From Nitrospirota bacterium (lineage in GTDB: Bacteria > Nitrospirota > UBA9217): 64,000 nt of DNA. The stretch spans positions 2,080,001 through 2,144,000 of the forward strand of contig CAWFSF010000006.1 of assembly GCA_963818475.1 (NCBI GenBank), given 5' to 3'. Positions 19,942 to 34,001 of the stretch are shown piece by piece. The position numbers and the translations under genes were made by a program. Below the pieces are notes generated by a model. The model did no database searches. It saw only the letters and a program-made list of their open reading frames with translations, and was not told the DNA's origin. The stretch's first letter is position 1, and the number at the start of each line of letters is the position of its first letter.

Positions 19942-22900
19942 TTAAAAACTGCTCAAACCGTCTTGTCCGGTTGATGGACTGGATCTACTGGTCGGATCAG
20001 AAGCCTCCAATGCGTCTATGCTCGCGGCTAATTCTCGAGGCGTTTCAAAACCGTACATGTCATCGGCATCGACATCTTCTCCGACAACAGTCATAATACA
20101 ATCTGATGCCCATGCAGCACAGGTATTGGTGATAGTCCAGTAACTTGGTGTATTGATATAACTAATCAAAGCCTGCTTTTCATCAGCAAACAGCATGTAG
20201 TATCTATTGTGATTGCCCGAGGATGACTCATAATTAACCCTGACATCGCTTCCGTCATTATTATCCCCTCTTTGGATGACAAGCCAGTGATCGTCAGGCC
20301 GACAGCCCATAGGTTGTTACAAGACCGGACGTAACGTCTGTCACTGTAATCCACGCATGACCATCAGTATAAGACGGATCTATTTCATTTTGTAATGATG
20401 AGTGAACACCTAGAACAGTGTCATAAACGAGAACGTTTAGTTTGACTCTATTGCCACATTCAGCCTCAATTGTCTTATAATCTGTTTTACTTGATGAGAC
20501 CGTATCGAAGGTCACAGTTATTGTTTCTCCTGACCCAGACGCGCCCGAACTTCCGCTCCAACTAGGTTTCCCATCTGGCCATGGAGCACTGGAAGGTGTT
20601 TTTGCAGCAGTGAAAGTAACTATTGATCCTTTCATTATAAAAATAGTTTTAGTAGTATCCGGACTATCAGTATCCGATGTTTTTCCACGACCACTAATAG
20701 AATCTATCTTTACAACATACGTTTGAAGCATATACATCGGCTGGTCGTTAAAGCAATTGCAGTTGGCATATACAGAGACATCGTAAACGCCTGGCGATGA
20801 ATATGAATGATTTATAGTCGTGCTTGTCGTTGAATCTCCTGATCCGTCTCCAAAGTCCCAGAAATAAGTAATATCACAGTTCCCAGTAGCAGTTACAGAA
20901 TAATTGACCGTTTGGTCTATTGGTACGACATCCGTCTCCTTTCCATCTGCATAAGCTGATGTAATTGTTAAACTTATCGTTTCGCACGTTTTATTCCCGA
21001 AAAGGTCCGCCTTACAAACGCCTGGATTTGGCGTATTCTGATTGCAGCATTCGCCTTCCGCCTTGAGATTACACTCGCTGCACTGCTGCGGATTGAGATC
21101 GAGTAAGCTGTTTGCGGACAGTGATAACGATCCCGCCTTTAAACTGCTAGTCTGAGTAGTCTGAGCGTCCGCACACGCAACGACTTCGACGGTATCCGAA
21201 GGCTGCGCATCGGTGCAATCGCAGTTCACGTAGACTGTGGCATTGTAGATGCGCGCCGATGGCAGTATAGGTATGCGATATGGACGAGGTTGTCGACATA
21301 TCACCCGATCCGTCGCCGAAATCCCAGAAGTACGTGAAGTTGCAATTTCCATCCGGAATTGCCGTGAAGCTCACCGGCTGATTGGTATACACGACCGCCG
21401 ATTTATTAAGATTAACGAGAAGACTGACGCTCGTTAAAACGACCGGCTCGCACGTTCCCGCTTTACAGATTCCATCAATATTGCAGCATGTCGCAGGATC
21501 ATCCGGCACAGGCACTTTAACCCCATCCTGGCACTGATTACACATGTCATCCGGGATGGGCCCTGTGATCGGCGTGTTCTCGCACCCATTCGCTCCGCAT
21601 GAATCCTCGGTGCACGGGTCACCGTCGTCGCAATCGAGCGGATAGGACTGGCAATCACCGTTTTCGCACCAGTTCACGGTGCACGGGTCGTTGTCTTCAC
21701 AATCTTTGGGCGTATTGACGCACCCGTTAGGTCCGCAAGAATCATCCGTGCACGGATCGCCGTCGTCGCAATCCAACGGGTAGGACTGGCAACCTCCGTT
21801 TTCGCACCAGTTCACGGTGCATGGGTCATTGTCTTCACAATCTTTGGGAGCGTTGACGCACCCATTGGGTCCGCAAGAATCATCCGTGCATGGATCGCCA
21901 TCGTCGCAATCCAGCGGATATGACTCGCAGCCGTTCGCGCCGCACCAATCTACCGTGCAGGGATCGCCGTCTTCGCAGTCCAGAGGATAAGACTGACAGC
22001 CTTCCCCCTCGCACCAATTGACCGTGCACGGGTCACCGTCTTCACAGTCGCTGGGCGTGTTGACACAGCTTCCCGATTGGCAGGAATCTGTCGTGCACGC
22101 GTTGCCATCATCGCAATCTTTTGGTGTGCTGATGCAGCCGCCGGACCCGCAGGAATCATCGGTGCACGGATTGCCGTCGTCGCAGTCAAGAGGATAAGAC
22201 TGGCATCCGCCGTTTTCGCACCAGTCAACCGTGCACGGATCGCCGTCTTCGCAGTCCAGAGGATAGGACTGACAACCGCCGTTTTCGCACCAGTTAACCG
22301 TACACCCGTCTCCATCATCGCAGTCAATGGATGTGTTGATACAGCTTCCCGACTGACAAGAATCGTCTGTGCACGCGTTGCCGTCATCGCAATCTTTGGG
22401 TGTGTTGATGCAGCCGCCGGACCCGCAGGAATCATCGGTGCATGGATTGCCGTCGTCGCAATCCAACGGATAAGACTGGCATCCGCCGTTTTCGCACCAG
22501 TCGACCGAGCACGGATCGCCGTCTTCGCAGTCGAGGGGATAGGACTGGCAACCCCCATTTTCACACCAGTTCACCGTGCATCCGTCTCCGTCTTCACAAT
22601 CGATGGACGTGTTGATACAGAGGCCGTCCTCGCAGGAATCATTGGTGCAGGAATTGCCGTCGTCGCAATCCCTGGGAGTGTTGATGCAGCCTCCGGACCC
22701 ACAGGAATCATCGGTGCACGGATTGCCGTCGTCGCAATCCAACGGATAAGACTGGCATCCGCCGTTTTCGCACCAGTTGACCGAGCAGGGATCTCCGTCT
22801 TCGCAGTCAAGGGGATAGGACTGGCAACCGCCGTTTTCGCACCAGTTAACTGTGCACCCGTCTCCGTCATCGCAGTCAAGGGATGTATTGATACAGCTTC

Positions 22901-25900
22901 CCGAGACGCATGAATCAGTCGTGCACGCATTGCCGTCATCGCAATCTCTGGGTGTATTGATGCAGCCGCCAGCCCCGCAGGAATCATCGGTGCACGGATT
23001 GCCGTCGTCGCAATCCAGAGGATACGACTGGCAGCCGTCTTCGCACCAGTTCACTGTGCACGGGTCGCCGCCGTCGCAATCTATGGGAGTATTGACACAC
23101 CCTCCGGAACCGCACGAATCGTCCGTGCACCCGTTGCCGTCGTCGCAATCCAGAGGATAGGATTGGCAGCCGTCTTCGCACCAGTTCACTGTGCACGGGT
23201 CGCCGCCGTCGCACACTACAGGCTCGTGGGTACATGCACCGTTTGAACAGGAGTCATCCGTACATGAGTTATTGTCATCGCAGTTCATGCAGCCGCAGTC
23301 ACCTGTCGGCAGAGGACCGGGCTGTCCAGGAGCACCCCCGCCGCTTCCGCCTGAACTACCGCCACCGCCACCGTACCACCCGCCGCCGCTGCCGCCACCG
23401 CTACCACCGTGCCGCCACCGCTTGTCGGACAGGTCGTTGGTACGCCGACATTCCCGCTGGTGCTCGCGGTTGCTGTCGCTCCTGACACAGGACATGTTTC
23501 CGCCGTACCGGATGCCGTTATGGGGAATGAGGAAACACATCCTGCTCCGTATCCGCGTACTTCTTCAAAAAGCGAGGACAAAGCTGAAGCAGCGAACAAT
23601 TGAAGTGAAGAATCGGGGTTACATGCGTCATTTCCTGCATCACGGAGGTTTAAGTTCGCGGCCACTGTTTGCCGTTTAGTGACCCTGAAGGGCATCGTTA
23701 TCTTCTGTTGCGCCCCAATTCTGGTCGGTATCGACGAAGTGAAGACTTCTACGTCGTAGTCCAAGAAGCTGGTCGGGAAAGTTATTTTAACGTCAACTAC
23801 AGCTATCAGCCCGTAGTTGGTGATGGTAAATTCGCCGTTAAAGACCTGCCCAGGCAGCATTTCGGGAAGATTAATGACTGGAGGCTCAGTGACGAGCACG
23901 GGTAACGGTACATTGGTAGCAAATGTCTGAGTGATTACGATCTCGTATTTGTCCTGTATTGTCGTCGGCACCACACTCCAGGTGACGTCGACAAGCTTTA
24001 CTTCCAAAATTATGGAGGCAGTGGTTGTTATTCCCGGACTTACGACAAATGTCCCGGAATAAGGCAAATGTCCCGGCGGAGGCGTCACATTAAAGGAATA
24101 TCTTCCCTCGGGTATGTCATTCTTCATGACGGTGCCGTCTGTACCGCTCTTTACGGTATAGATAAGATCCGTGAGCAGTTGATTCTGGAATGTGATCGTG
24201 GCATCGGGCATTTTTTCCGCCAGCATATTCTGCACGGTAAAATATACGCTGCCGACCGCGTTGCTCGATACGGTCACCTGGATGTGATACGTATAGGGTA
24301 TATGATTATCGGAGTAAATAACGATTTGATCGTCATAAACTCCTTGCGCAAGGGTGCTGGACGGCACTGAACATGAAGCTGACCGACTTGGAAGAACCCG
24401 GCAGAATATCGCCGATGGTTTTGTCCTGTGTAAGACTCATCCATGATGTGGACGGACCTTCGATCCGCGCATTTTTGAGGGTGTCCTCTCCCGTATTCGA
24501 GATCGTGAAGGTGGCAATCTTCTGGTCTCCCCGCACCATACCGGTATCGATATAGGACGGACTCGTGCTGATGATCGGGCTGAGGCTGACCATGATGATC
24601 GAAGCATTGAGCGTGACGGAGAGTCCTTCAGCGGTCGTTGCCTTCATTGTCGCCCAACCGGTATCAGGCGCGGACGTATCCGCCGTGAGACGAAGCGTGA
24701 TCGACTGCTTTTCCCCTGCGGTAAGCGTTGTGTCGCCGTTGTTGATAACTCCCGCGACGATGCCGCTGCTCGATGTGGTTTCAAACGCCAGACCGGTGAG
24801 AGCGCCGCCGCCGAAGTTGCTGATCGTGACCGGGATGTCGAGACTGCGGTTTCTCGCCAGTCTGACAGTCGCCGAGGTCGGATTGATCGGAGATTCCGGC
24901 TATGGAGAACGTGGCCTGGACGGTCCTGTCCTTGACATCGGGGTGCACCGCCCAGAGGCTGTAGGTGCCTGCCTCATTGCTTCCCGGCGTAAAGGTGTAG
25001 CTGAAATTGCCGGAGGCATCGGTCGTGACGGTGTAGAACCGGTCGAAGCCGTTCACGGAAATGCCGAGCTTCACCGGAACGTTCGGAACAAGCGCCCCCT
25101 CACCCCCGCCCTCTCCCGCGAGGGTAGAGGGAGTGTTAGAGATAGCCGAGCCGTTGATGATAACCGGCTGGGCCATGGCATAGAAGGTTTTATCAGGCGC
25201 TGCCACGGCGCGATAAGCAGTCTCCTGGATATAGGACTCCACTGAGCCTTTCATACCCGGCGCCGTGACCTGGTCGGACTTCGAATAATGATAATAGGTG
25301 TTCTCGATCACTGCCTCGATGATCACCTTATAAGGGGCGGAAACAGGCACGGGCAGCAGGATCGGATCGGTCATGAAGCTTTCGTTCGGGTTGATCCGCG
25401 CAACCGCGTATCCCGCACCGTTCACGATAGCAGCGCCTACGCGCTGGTCCAGGTAACCGGTGGACAGGAGGTTTCCATCCTGGTCCTTGAGATTGATCCT
25501 GACCTTTGTCGTCTTCGTATTGTTTTCGCTCGTGACGAGCTCCATCTGGCTCGTGCCGATGTTGTTCACCTTGAGCCGCACCTTCGCGTCCGTGTTCCGA
25601 ACAAGCGGATCATTGAAGATCTCCATGCTCGAACTCGATCCCTGGACCTCTGCCGACGTGGTCCTGGAGAGCTTAATGGCAACGCCGGGCGACGGCGACC
25701 AATTTGCCTGGATGAATACGGACACCGGAGAAAGAGCGTCCGCTGTCGTGGCCGCAACCTTTTCCAGCTGAAGCGTGGTGTTGGCGGCGAGGCTGAACGG
25801 TCCCAGGATCGTGCTTGCAGGAGCAGTACCCACCTTGACGTCGATTGAATCAATGCTCAGGCCAAAGCCAGAAGCTAATGATATGATGATGGGCACGGTT

Positions 25901-28900
25901 TCGAGCACACCCCTCCTGAGGGTAGTCCCCTCTTTCAGGCCGAGCGTTAGATCGGGTAGTGCTACCTCTTTGACCGGGCTTTCATTCTCCAGATTGTCCA
26001 CTGCGGAGACGCCGTAGGTCGTGTTCGACGCACCATAGCCATCGGTATAGGAGAGATCCAATACCGGGTACGGCGTAACGCGGCTTCCGTTCCGGTAGAT
26101 ATGATAGCCTGCAATAGTGCCGTCCTGCGGCGACTGCCAGGTGATCGTGGGAGCAGCATCATCGATACGCTGGAGCACCAGATTTCTTACCGGAGACACC
26201 GGGAAATCGATCTCCTTGATCTCAGACAGCAGGCCTTCATTCCCGAGGCTGTCCACGGCGGCAACTGCATAGAAGCGATAGGTTTTCGAAGGCGAAGCGT
26301 CCACTGCCGTCGAGATCGGGACCTTTGCCACGGGCGTGAGACCGGTTGATGAGGTAAACGCGGCGTTCGACCGGTACAGATGATAGCCCTTGAGAGGCAG
26401 TACGGATTGAGAATCGACCACTGCGTCCCAAGTCGCGGAGACGCCGCCGCTTCCGAGAGAAAGCGATAAATTCTGAGGAGCAGGAGGTCCTGTCCTGTCG
26501 GAGACTGCCTGCACTTCGGCAGAGAGCGGGCTCTCGCTTCCCATAAGGCCCACGGATGTTATTGCATAGTAGTAAGTGCCGTCATCCGGCGGCGTGTCCT
26601 GGGCCGGCGATCCTGCACTTCCGGTTATAACCTTTGTCGGGGACGATTCATTCTCCGCTCTGCGGTAGACGTTGTAGGTAATGGCAGAGCCGCCTATGTT
26701 GTTCAGCTGTTCGTACATGACCGGGTACCAGGTAAGCGTGACTGCGCCTGCCTTTTCCGATTTCGCTGCAAGGCCGTCCGGTATTCCGGGGGACGGCACC
26801 TGATCGCGGTACAGCAGGATATACCGGCCTGTAGAGACGATAGTGCCCACATTTCCGAGTGTATCTTGTGCTGAGTTCATGATGAACTCGGCCTTGCCCT
26901 CGGGCATGCTGGAGACATTGAGGGATCCCGCCCAATGAATGCCATTGTCCGTCGACGTCATGCCGCTTACGAGCGAGGTCGTTCCATCCGACCCCTTGAG
27001 GGTAATTTCAGGTGTCACGACTGAAGCTTCATTCAGGATGACGGCAACGGCAGCAGGATCGGACTTGATCTGCAAGGTCGCCGCTGGAGATTGGACTGCG
27101 GCTTCCGGTCCTTTGACGTCGATGGTGATGCCTGCCCCCTGCCCGTTCCCGCGATTTCCGACCATGTCCTTGCCCGAGAATTTGTACGTTGTCGCTCCCT
27201 GAGGGCTTTGTGCGGTGATCGTGAAGGCGCCGTCGTAGTGCGTGTCGTCCACCTTGTTCATCGTGACCACGATGGGAGAGCCTTCCTGCGGCTCGAGGCT
27301 GAAGAACGGCAGCTCCTTGAGCTTCTCGCTCACCGTGACCGCAACTTCCACGCTGCCCGGACCGACAGCCGAGTTCGGAGTTATGAGTTGTGAGTTCTGT
27401 TTGTATTGGATAGTTGCGACGGACGGCGCAGTCCCGTCCGTAGACAGTGCTGCAACATTCGATATCCCGCTCTCGTTGCCTGCGCTGTCCAAAGCCGTTA
27501 CGGCATAGTACCTGAAGCCGTCGTCTCCAGGGTTGTATTCCTTGTACTGGTACGTTATCGGAGAAGTGTTCGTCGCCGTCACCCCTGCGTCCGTCTTTGA
27601 ACTGAAGGAGGACGGACTCATATACAGGTTGTAACCTGAAGGCATCTCACCCGTCGGGCTCGTCCAGGTAAAGCGCAAAAGCCCTCCTGTCAGGACCTGT
27701 GCAGCAAGATTCTGAGGAGCGGGAGGTGCGCCGGTGTCGACCAGGATCTTGTAATCCGGCGCATAGGCGCTCTCGCCTCCGCGATGGCTCGCCTTGACTG
27801 CAAGGACATTGTCTCCTTCAACAAGTGCTATGGACGGGAAGGTGAATGTTCCCGTTCCTGTCGTACCTGCGGTCTGGGCCGTGTTGACAACGACACCGTT
27901 CACTTTAAGCGTGACGGTCGTGAAGAGCGGGGCCGTGCCCGTTGCGGTCACTATATAGCTGGGTGTCGTCTGTGTCTCGCTATGGCCCGTGATCTTCGGG
28001 GAAGCGGGCTGTGCAAGACTCACGATGACCTGTCGCGGGTCTTCGGTTGCGTTCCCTTTGCTGTCCGTTGCCCTGAGCTTGATCGTATGATTGCCGTCGG
28101 TCGCAGCAACCACATTCCAGAAGTAAGAAAGGCTGCCACCGTTCTGGGTCGCAACAACGGTGCCATCGATGGAAAGCTCCATCGAGCCCATCGTGCTTTC
28201 AACATCATACGCTGTTGCGGTGATCGTGATCGGCCCGGTGACCACCTGGCCGGTGATGATCGAGAAGGTATCGATGGCCGGTCCTGTTGAGTCGGCCAGG
28301 GGTGTCACGCTTATGCTCTGGACATCGGACCGCTCGGCGCCTGATGTGTTCAGTACCGTGACCGCGTATTGATAAGTGGTGTCGTTTGTGAGGCCCGTGG
28401 CGTTGTAGGTCGTTGCAGTCTTGGCAACATTACCGACCAGGGTCATCGTGCCGATGCTGGTCAGTTGCGCTGTCGAAGGTTTGCTGTAAATATTGTATTG
28501 CTTCACGTACGGCGAACTTACCGCGCTCCAGGAGAGTGCAGCCTTGCCGCTGCTTGTTGCGGCGGTGAGATTCGTGGGGTTCGCGAGCCGCGTTACCGCT
28601 TCGACCACAGCGCCACGGCTCTCATGACCGAGCGTGTCTTTGACCGTTATTTTGAACTTGTACTTCGTTGCGTCGGAGAGCCCCGTTTTCGTATAGGTCG
28701 CTGCCGTCTTTCCGAGCGGCGTTCCGGTGTCGTACCCTGTCCCGCCGTCCACGTACACGATATGGTCCGCGAGATCATTGGTGGAGTTAAGGCTGGCATT
28801 CCAGGTGATGGCAATGAAGTTTCCTTGCGTGTCTGCGTAATCGGCTGCCGCAGCAAGATTCGTGACATCTTCGGGAGCCTTTGTATCGGTCGGCACTGCC

Positions 28901-31900
28901 GATGCGATATTCACGGTATCGATCTGGTTCCCTGCCTGATCCACTGGCACGACTGCGAAATAGTAGGTGGTTCCCTGAGTAAGCGCCGTTGCGGTGTAGG
29001 TCCTGGTGCCGTTGTTCACCGTGCCGATGGGTATCATGCCGGCGACATCGCCAAAGACCGAGAGAGATTGGTAGACGACGTAGTAGCCGACGTCGGGCGT
29101 CTCGGGATAGGCCGTCCACGACAAGGTTGCCTCAGTGCCGTTGCCGCTGCCGTCCGCAATGAGCACACCGGGGCCGAGCGGCGCGGGAGGAGCGGTATCG
29201 TACAGAATATCGACCGTCCTGGTCGTGGTGTTTCCGAGCGCGTCGGCCGCGGTGAAGACATAGCGATTCGTAATACTCGATATCAGGTTTGCGTCATAGG
29301 ACCAGGTGTCGCTGATATCGGCCGGGCCGTAAAGCTGCGTGTCGCCGAGCTTCACGATACAGCCCGGCTCCTTCGTTCCGGTCAGGGTCTGCGTTGCCAC
29401 CGACGACGGGTTCTGATAGGTGTTCACGGTGAACGTCGGCGGAGTAGTGTCGAGCACGATGGCCGCGGTCGTGGGAACCGAATTGTTCCCTGCCGCGTCG
29501 CGGGCCGTGATGGAGAGTGCATTCGTGCCCTCGGAGAGGGGGTAGCTGTAGCTCCATGGTTCACCCGTTGTCGGGTTCGGATCTGCAGCAACCCGCTGAG
29601 TCCCATTGATGTAGATGGCTGAGCCGAGTTCTCTGGCGCCTTTCAGGATCTGGTTCCGGTTGTTGGTGGGCGTTGTGACGTTATCCAGGCCTGGTGATGC
29701 AGGCGGTGTTGTGTCGAGGACAAAGGTGCCGGTCGCGGCACTGGTCATCACGTTCCCGGCTATGTCTTGGGCTCCCGATACATTTACGGTATAGGTGCCG
29801 TCGCCAGTCCCGCTGCTGAACGTATGACTGCCGTTCCAAGTCTTGTTGTAGTTGCTCCAGCTTTTGCCAGTCCAAACTGGCGTTATGGTACAGAAGATGA
29901 GACAAGAAGACTTCACAAATGAAACCGACGGGTCGATGGTTGTGGACATCGGCTCATTGAATGTGATACTGAACTGCACGCTCTCGGTCTTGTGCGGGCT
30001 TGTGGGGCTCATGGTGAGAGACTGGACCGTGGGCAGTCCTGTATCCAGGGTGAAGCTGAAGGTAAGCGTTATCGTAGTTTCGAGCTGGTCAACGGGTTTT
30101 ATCTTGACCGTGTACACTCCGTCTCCCAAAACAGTACCTGGATCAGGCGTGAACACAATATGGCCGCCGGCTTGCGTGGTCCATGAACCGCTGATGACCG
30201 TGTTGTTCGAATACGTGACCTCATTGTTTTGGATCGACGCCTGAAGATCGACGCCTGAATTATCGTCAACCAAGACGATGTCGATTGATGCGAGCTGGTT
30301 CGTGAATCCGTTGATAGAAGGCGTTGTGGACGATATCCTCGGAGCAGTGGTGTCCCTGACAACATTCACGGTTACCGACTGACTCGGGTTGCCGGCCTCG
30401 TCCTGCGCAAAGACGACGAAAGCGTTATTCCCTTCGCTCGTGAGGTTAACGGGATAACTCCATGCACTATCACCATATGCCGCGCCGGTCTTGACATTGT
30501 TGACGAACAGGTATGAACCCGCTTCCTTCGTTCCGGCTAAGGTAATCGAACTCAGCTTCGTCGGCGTTGACTGAGGAGTGACGATTGGTGCAGCCGGAGG
30601 AAGCGTGTCCACGGTGAAGGTCATTTGCGCTGAAGGGCTCGGGTTCGCTGCCTGATCAACGGCATATGCAGTAACAGTGTTGCTTCCTTCGTCCAGTCCG
30701 GATACCGTGACGCTCCAGGTGAGGGCTGTAGGATAGGATACGGCGCCGACTGTCGCGCCTGCGCATGCGGCTATGATCTTTATTGAATCCAGGCTCTTCG
30801 TGCCGTTAATCGTCTTTGTGGTCGTGCGGCTCGGAACGAGTATGGGATCGATCGTCGGAGGCGGAGGCGGCGTGGCGTCAACCGTGAAGGTCATACTATA
30901 AGATGAACGGTTGCCCAGCAGGTCGGTCGGGTGTATCGTGGCCGTATAGGTTCCTTCGGTCATGGTATCGTCCGGTGTGAACGTTACTGCTGCAGTTGAA
31001 CCTCCGCCGGACGTGGCCCAGGTGCCCGAGGGATCGGCGCCGGATGTTTTTGTTACAGAAGCACCGGTCAGAGTTGCGTCCAGGTCGATGGTGGAGAACG
31101 GCTCACTGAGGTTGAATTTGATCGATCCGACCGATGTATTGAACAATCCATTGTTGACCGGGTCAGTGCTTAAAACATCCGGCGAACTCAGGTCGAGGGC
31201 AACGGGAACGAGGACAGCCTGACTATGGAACCCATCGGCATCCATTGCCGTGAAGCTCAGGTTGTTCATGCCAGGCTGCAGGGTATAACTCGCCTGCCAG
31301 GTAGTTTGACTGTCGAGCGGAACTATCGTTGTTCCATTCACGACGATGGCTGTTTCGGCAGGTTTGGAGCCGCTAAGCGTGATGGTCGAAGAAGTAGTCG
31401 GAGTCTGCACCGGTTCAACCGTCGGCGGCTGGATGCTGTAGGAGCGGTAGTTTTCCTGGATCTCCGTGTCCGAAAGCGCGCGGTTGTAAATGGCTACATC
31501 GTCGATTGAACCCTTATACGGCCCGTAGGTGGCAACATTGCCAAATGTTGTAGAAGCATAGACATTCTCCCGCAGGCTTAACAGTCCGGTTTTAACAAAT
31601 TGTCCGTTCAAATACAATCTAGGTTGCTTATTTTCGTACACCACCGCAATGTGATTCCAAGCGGCTAGCGATACGTTGTGGACAAGCAGAGACGGCAGAT
31701 AGCTGCTCCCATGTTCAAATACACTGATCCCGTTGGTTCCCACCGATATTCCCACTCCTGCATCGTTATTACCACCATGTGCAGGGCCAACAGCATATCG
31801 TTGAGCACTCGTGCCTGAAATACCCGAGTTGCTTTCGGAAGTAACATTGCGGGTGGCGGTAGGATATGCCCATAGCATGACAGTAAAAGTATTTGCTGCT

Positions 31901-33861
31901 CCGGCATAAGAACCGGCACCTGCCATTGCATAATCATCAACACCATCAAAACTTCCGGCATAGGTCCCGATCTTGGCGCTTGAGGTGAACGTAGCGCCGC
32001 TGTACGGCGTCGCATGGTTGCCGATGACTGATGAATCCTGCCAATCATTATCCATGTGCCATAGACCTACGAGACCTGTCTTGTTGATCCTTATTTCGCC
32101 GGACTTTGTCGCTTCGACGTTTCCGGATTTGTCCGTAGACCGGTATGAGAGCGTGTTCACTCCATCGGTGTCCAGCCCAAAGGATGACGTATACGTTACC
32201 CATGAAGTCCCGTCTAAACTATATTCGATCCTTGCAATGCCGGACCCTTCACCACCGTCCGAAGCCGTCAACGTTATGGTGACTGCGGAAGAATACCAGC
32301 CATCTTTTCCCTTGGTCTCTTTCAGGGACAGTGTCGTGATTGGAGCTGACGTATCGTGGGTGGTGAACGCGATCTGCTGCTGGCCCTTGTTTCCGACAGC
32401 GTCCGCGGGGTAAATCGTAACCAGGTAGCTATCGGAAGGAAGCGGCGTTGTGGACGGTGTGAAAATAATCGTTTTTGTTCCTGAATTCATCCACAAACCC
32501 GAAACTGCCTGGCCGTCGGAATTCTTTATTGTGGCATCCACCCTGCTTTCGTCAAGATTGATGGAGGAATAAATATCAGTCAGATTGATCGCGACCGATG
32601 TTACCGGTCTGGCCGTATCGGAATTATTCGCCGGGTACGTGCTTTCTATTACCGGCGGCATATTGTCATAGATGACCGATTTTGATACGGGAGAACTTTG
32701 TTTGAATGTTGCATCAACGGCGACGATGTTCAGGAGATTTACTCCCGGCAGGAGAGTACCGTATGTTCCTAGCCATGCTGCAGTGTTGTCGAGCGGAGCG
32801 ATTTTCTTATTGTTCACCCAGATGGAGGTGCTGATTGTCTTGCTCCCAGAGAGCGTAATGGTGCTGGTACCGACCACAGCGGGCACGGGATCGAGAATAG
32901 GAGAAGGCGGGGCTGCTGGATCACCGGGAACGGCATTGGCATGTAATGCGATTTCTTCTGGTGTGAGGGCACGTTTATAAATGGCGACTTCATCGGTGAG
33001 ACCGTTAAAATATTGAACTCCGGAAGGGTCGCGCCCAAGGTTAAGGGGGGTAGTGCTCACTTTAAGAGCCGTAATTGTTGACGTTTTCGCTTGGACAGCC
33101 TGTATCCCATTTACATACAGATTGAGTACGCCGGCGTTGAACGTAGCTGCCACGTGATTCCATGCATTCACGATAATGGGCGCGGTTGTGGTAGCAAGAT
33201 TATCATATGCTGTGCCGGTGCCGCTGATGTCTACCCGCAGATTGCCTGACGGTGCAAGCCCGAATTGGTAGGAATAATTTCCCGAGCTGCCGAACTTGCT
33301 CACGATCTGGCGGTAGTTGCCGATGTCGCCTGGTTTAATCCATGCTTCCAGCGTCATGGCCGTCGTAAGGTCCAGGCTGGCGCTGTCTGCCACTTGAATA
33401 AAACTGCTGCTCCCGTTAAAACTGACAGCCTGTGTCCCGCCGTGATTATCAGTCGTAAATGCAGGTGCATTAACAGGAGCTCCATTGTTATTATTGCCTG
33501 ATGAATCAGCCCAATCTCCATCCATGTGCCACAGACCGACAAGATCCGGGTCACCCTGGTTCTCCGGATTCACTGCCAGTGTCACCGGCTTGCCCATGTA
33601 CATGCCGTCCGCTGACGTGAATGGATAAGACACGCTCACCGGCTTGCTGTCCAGCTCGCCATGCATCCCGGTCGGAACAGCAACGCTCACCGGTTTGCTG
33701 TCCAGTTCACCGTTTACCGAAGTAGGTACGGCGACAGAGACGGGGTAGGAGATGGTATTGGCTCCCACATTGGTGACACCTGCAGGAAATAGCAGTACAT
33801 AAGAGATCAGTATGTTCAACAGGGCTCTAAATTTCATTAGTGTCCTTTGACTTTCCGTCAT
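19942..33861 (-). CDS. Giant secreted protein (~4,640 aa): 2 LamG, many Ig/FN3, Cys-rich repeats, 2 PKD, C-terminal papain-like domain; 5 apparent frameshifts
   Basis: Six track ORFs read as one continuous domain series with indels near 24890, 24368, 23410, 21252, 20301; LVGLWHMD (LamG) twice; TYFWDFGDG (PKD) twice. Confidence 0.8.
21564..23282 (-). repeat. 25 tandem coding repeats of 66-69 bp (CDDGxPCTxDxCxxGGCxxxPxD)
   Basis: Counted in translation: 23 units of 23 aa plus 2 of 22 aa; resembles the Dictyostelium CTDC repeat. Confidence 0.92.
25095..25134. repeat. REP-like element embedded in frame in the giant gene
   Basis: ccccctcacccccgccctctcccgcgagggtagaggg, same core as the intergenic copies; encodes TPSTLAGEGGGEG. 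Confidence 0.65.
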
Positions 33862-33905
33862 GGAGCGTTAAAGTGAGAACCAATAGGTGCCGCTAAGACG
33901 CGAAG

Positions 33906-34001
33906 GCATTTAAATTCATTACTGCTTTGCCCACGTTAGCCCTCTCCCCACAGGGGAGAGGGTTGGGTGAGGGGATTTTCAAGATGTAACAAAGCTATTT
34001 A
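33906..34001. repeat. MITE/REP-like palindromic element, copy 2
   Basis: gcatttaaattcattactgctttgccc..ccctctcccc aca ggggagaggg..tgtaacaaagctattta. Confidence 0.7.

Noticed and set aside
21564-23282. Regular ~69-bp repeats resembling a CRISPR array
   Set aside because: No constant repeat with unique spacers; variation is codon-patterned; no cas genes
19942-24900. Programmed frameshifting or phase variation in the giant gene
   Set aside because: The same kind of indel occurs in housekeeping genes and there is no consistent slippery site; assembly error is simpler
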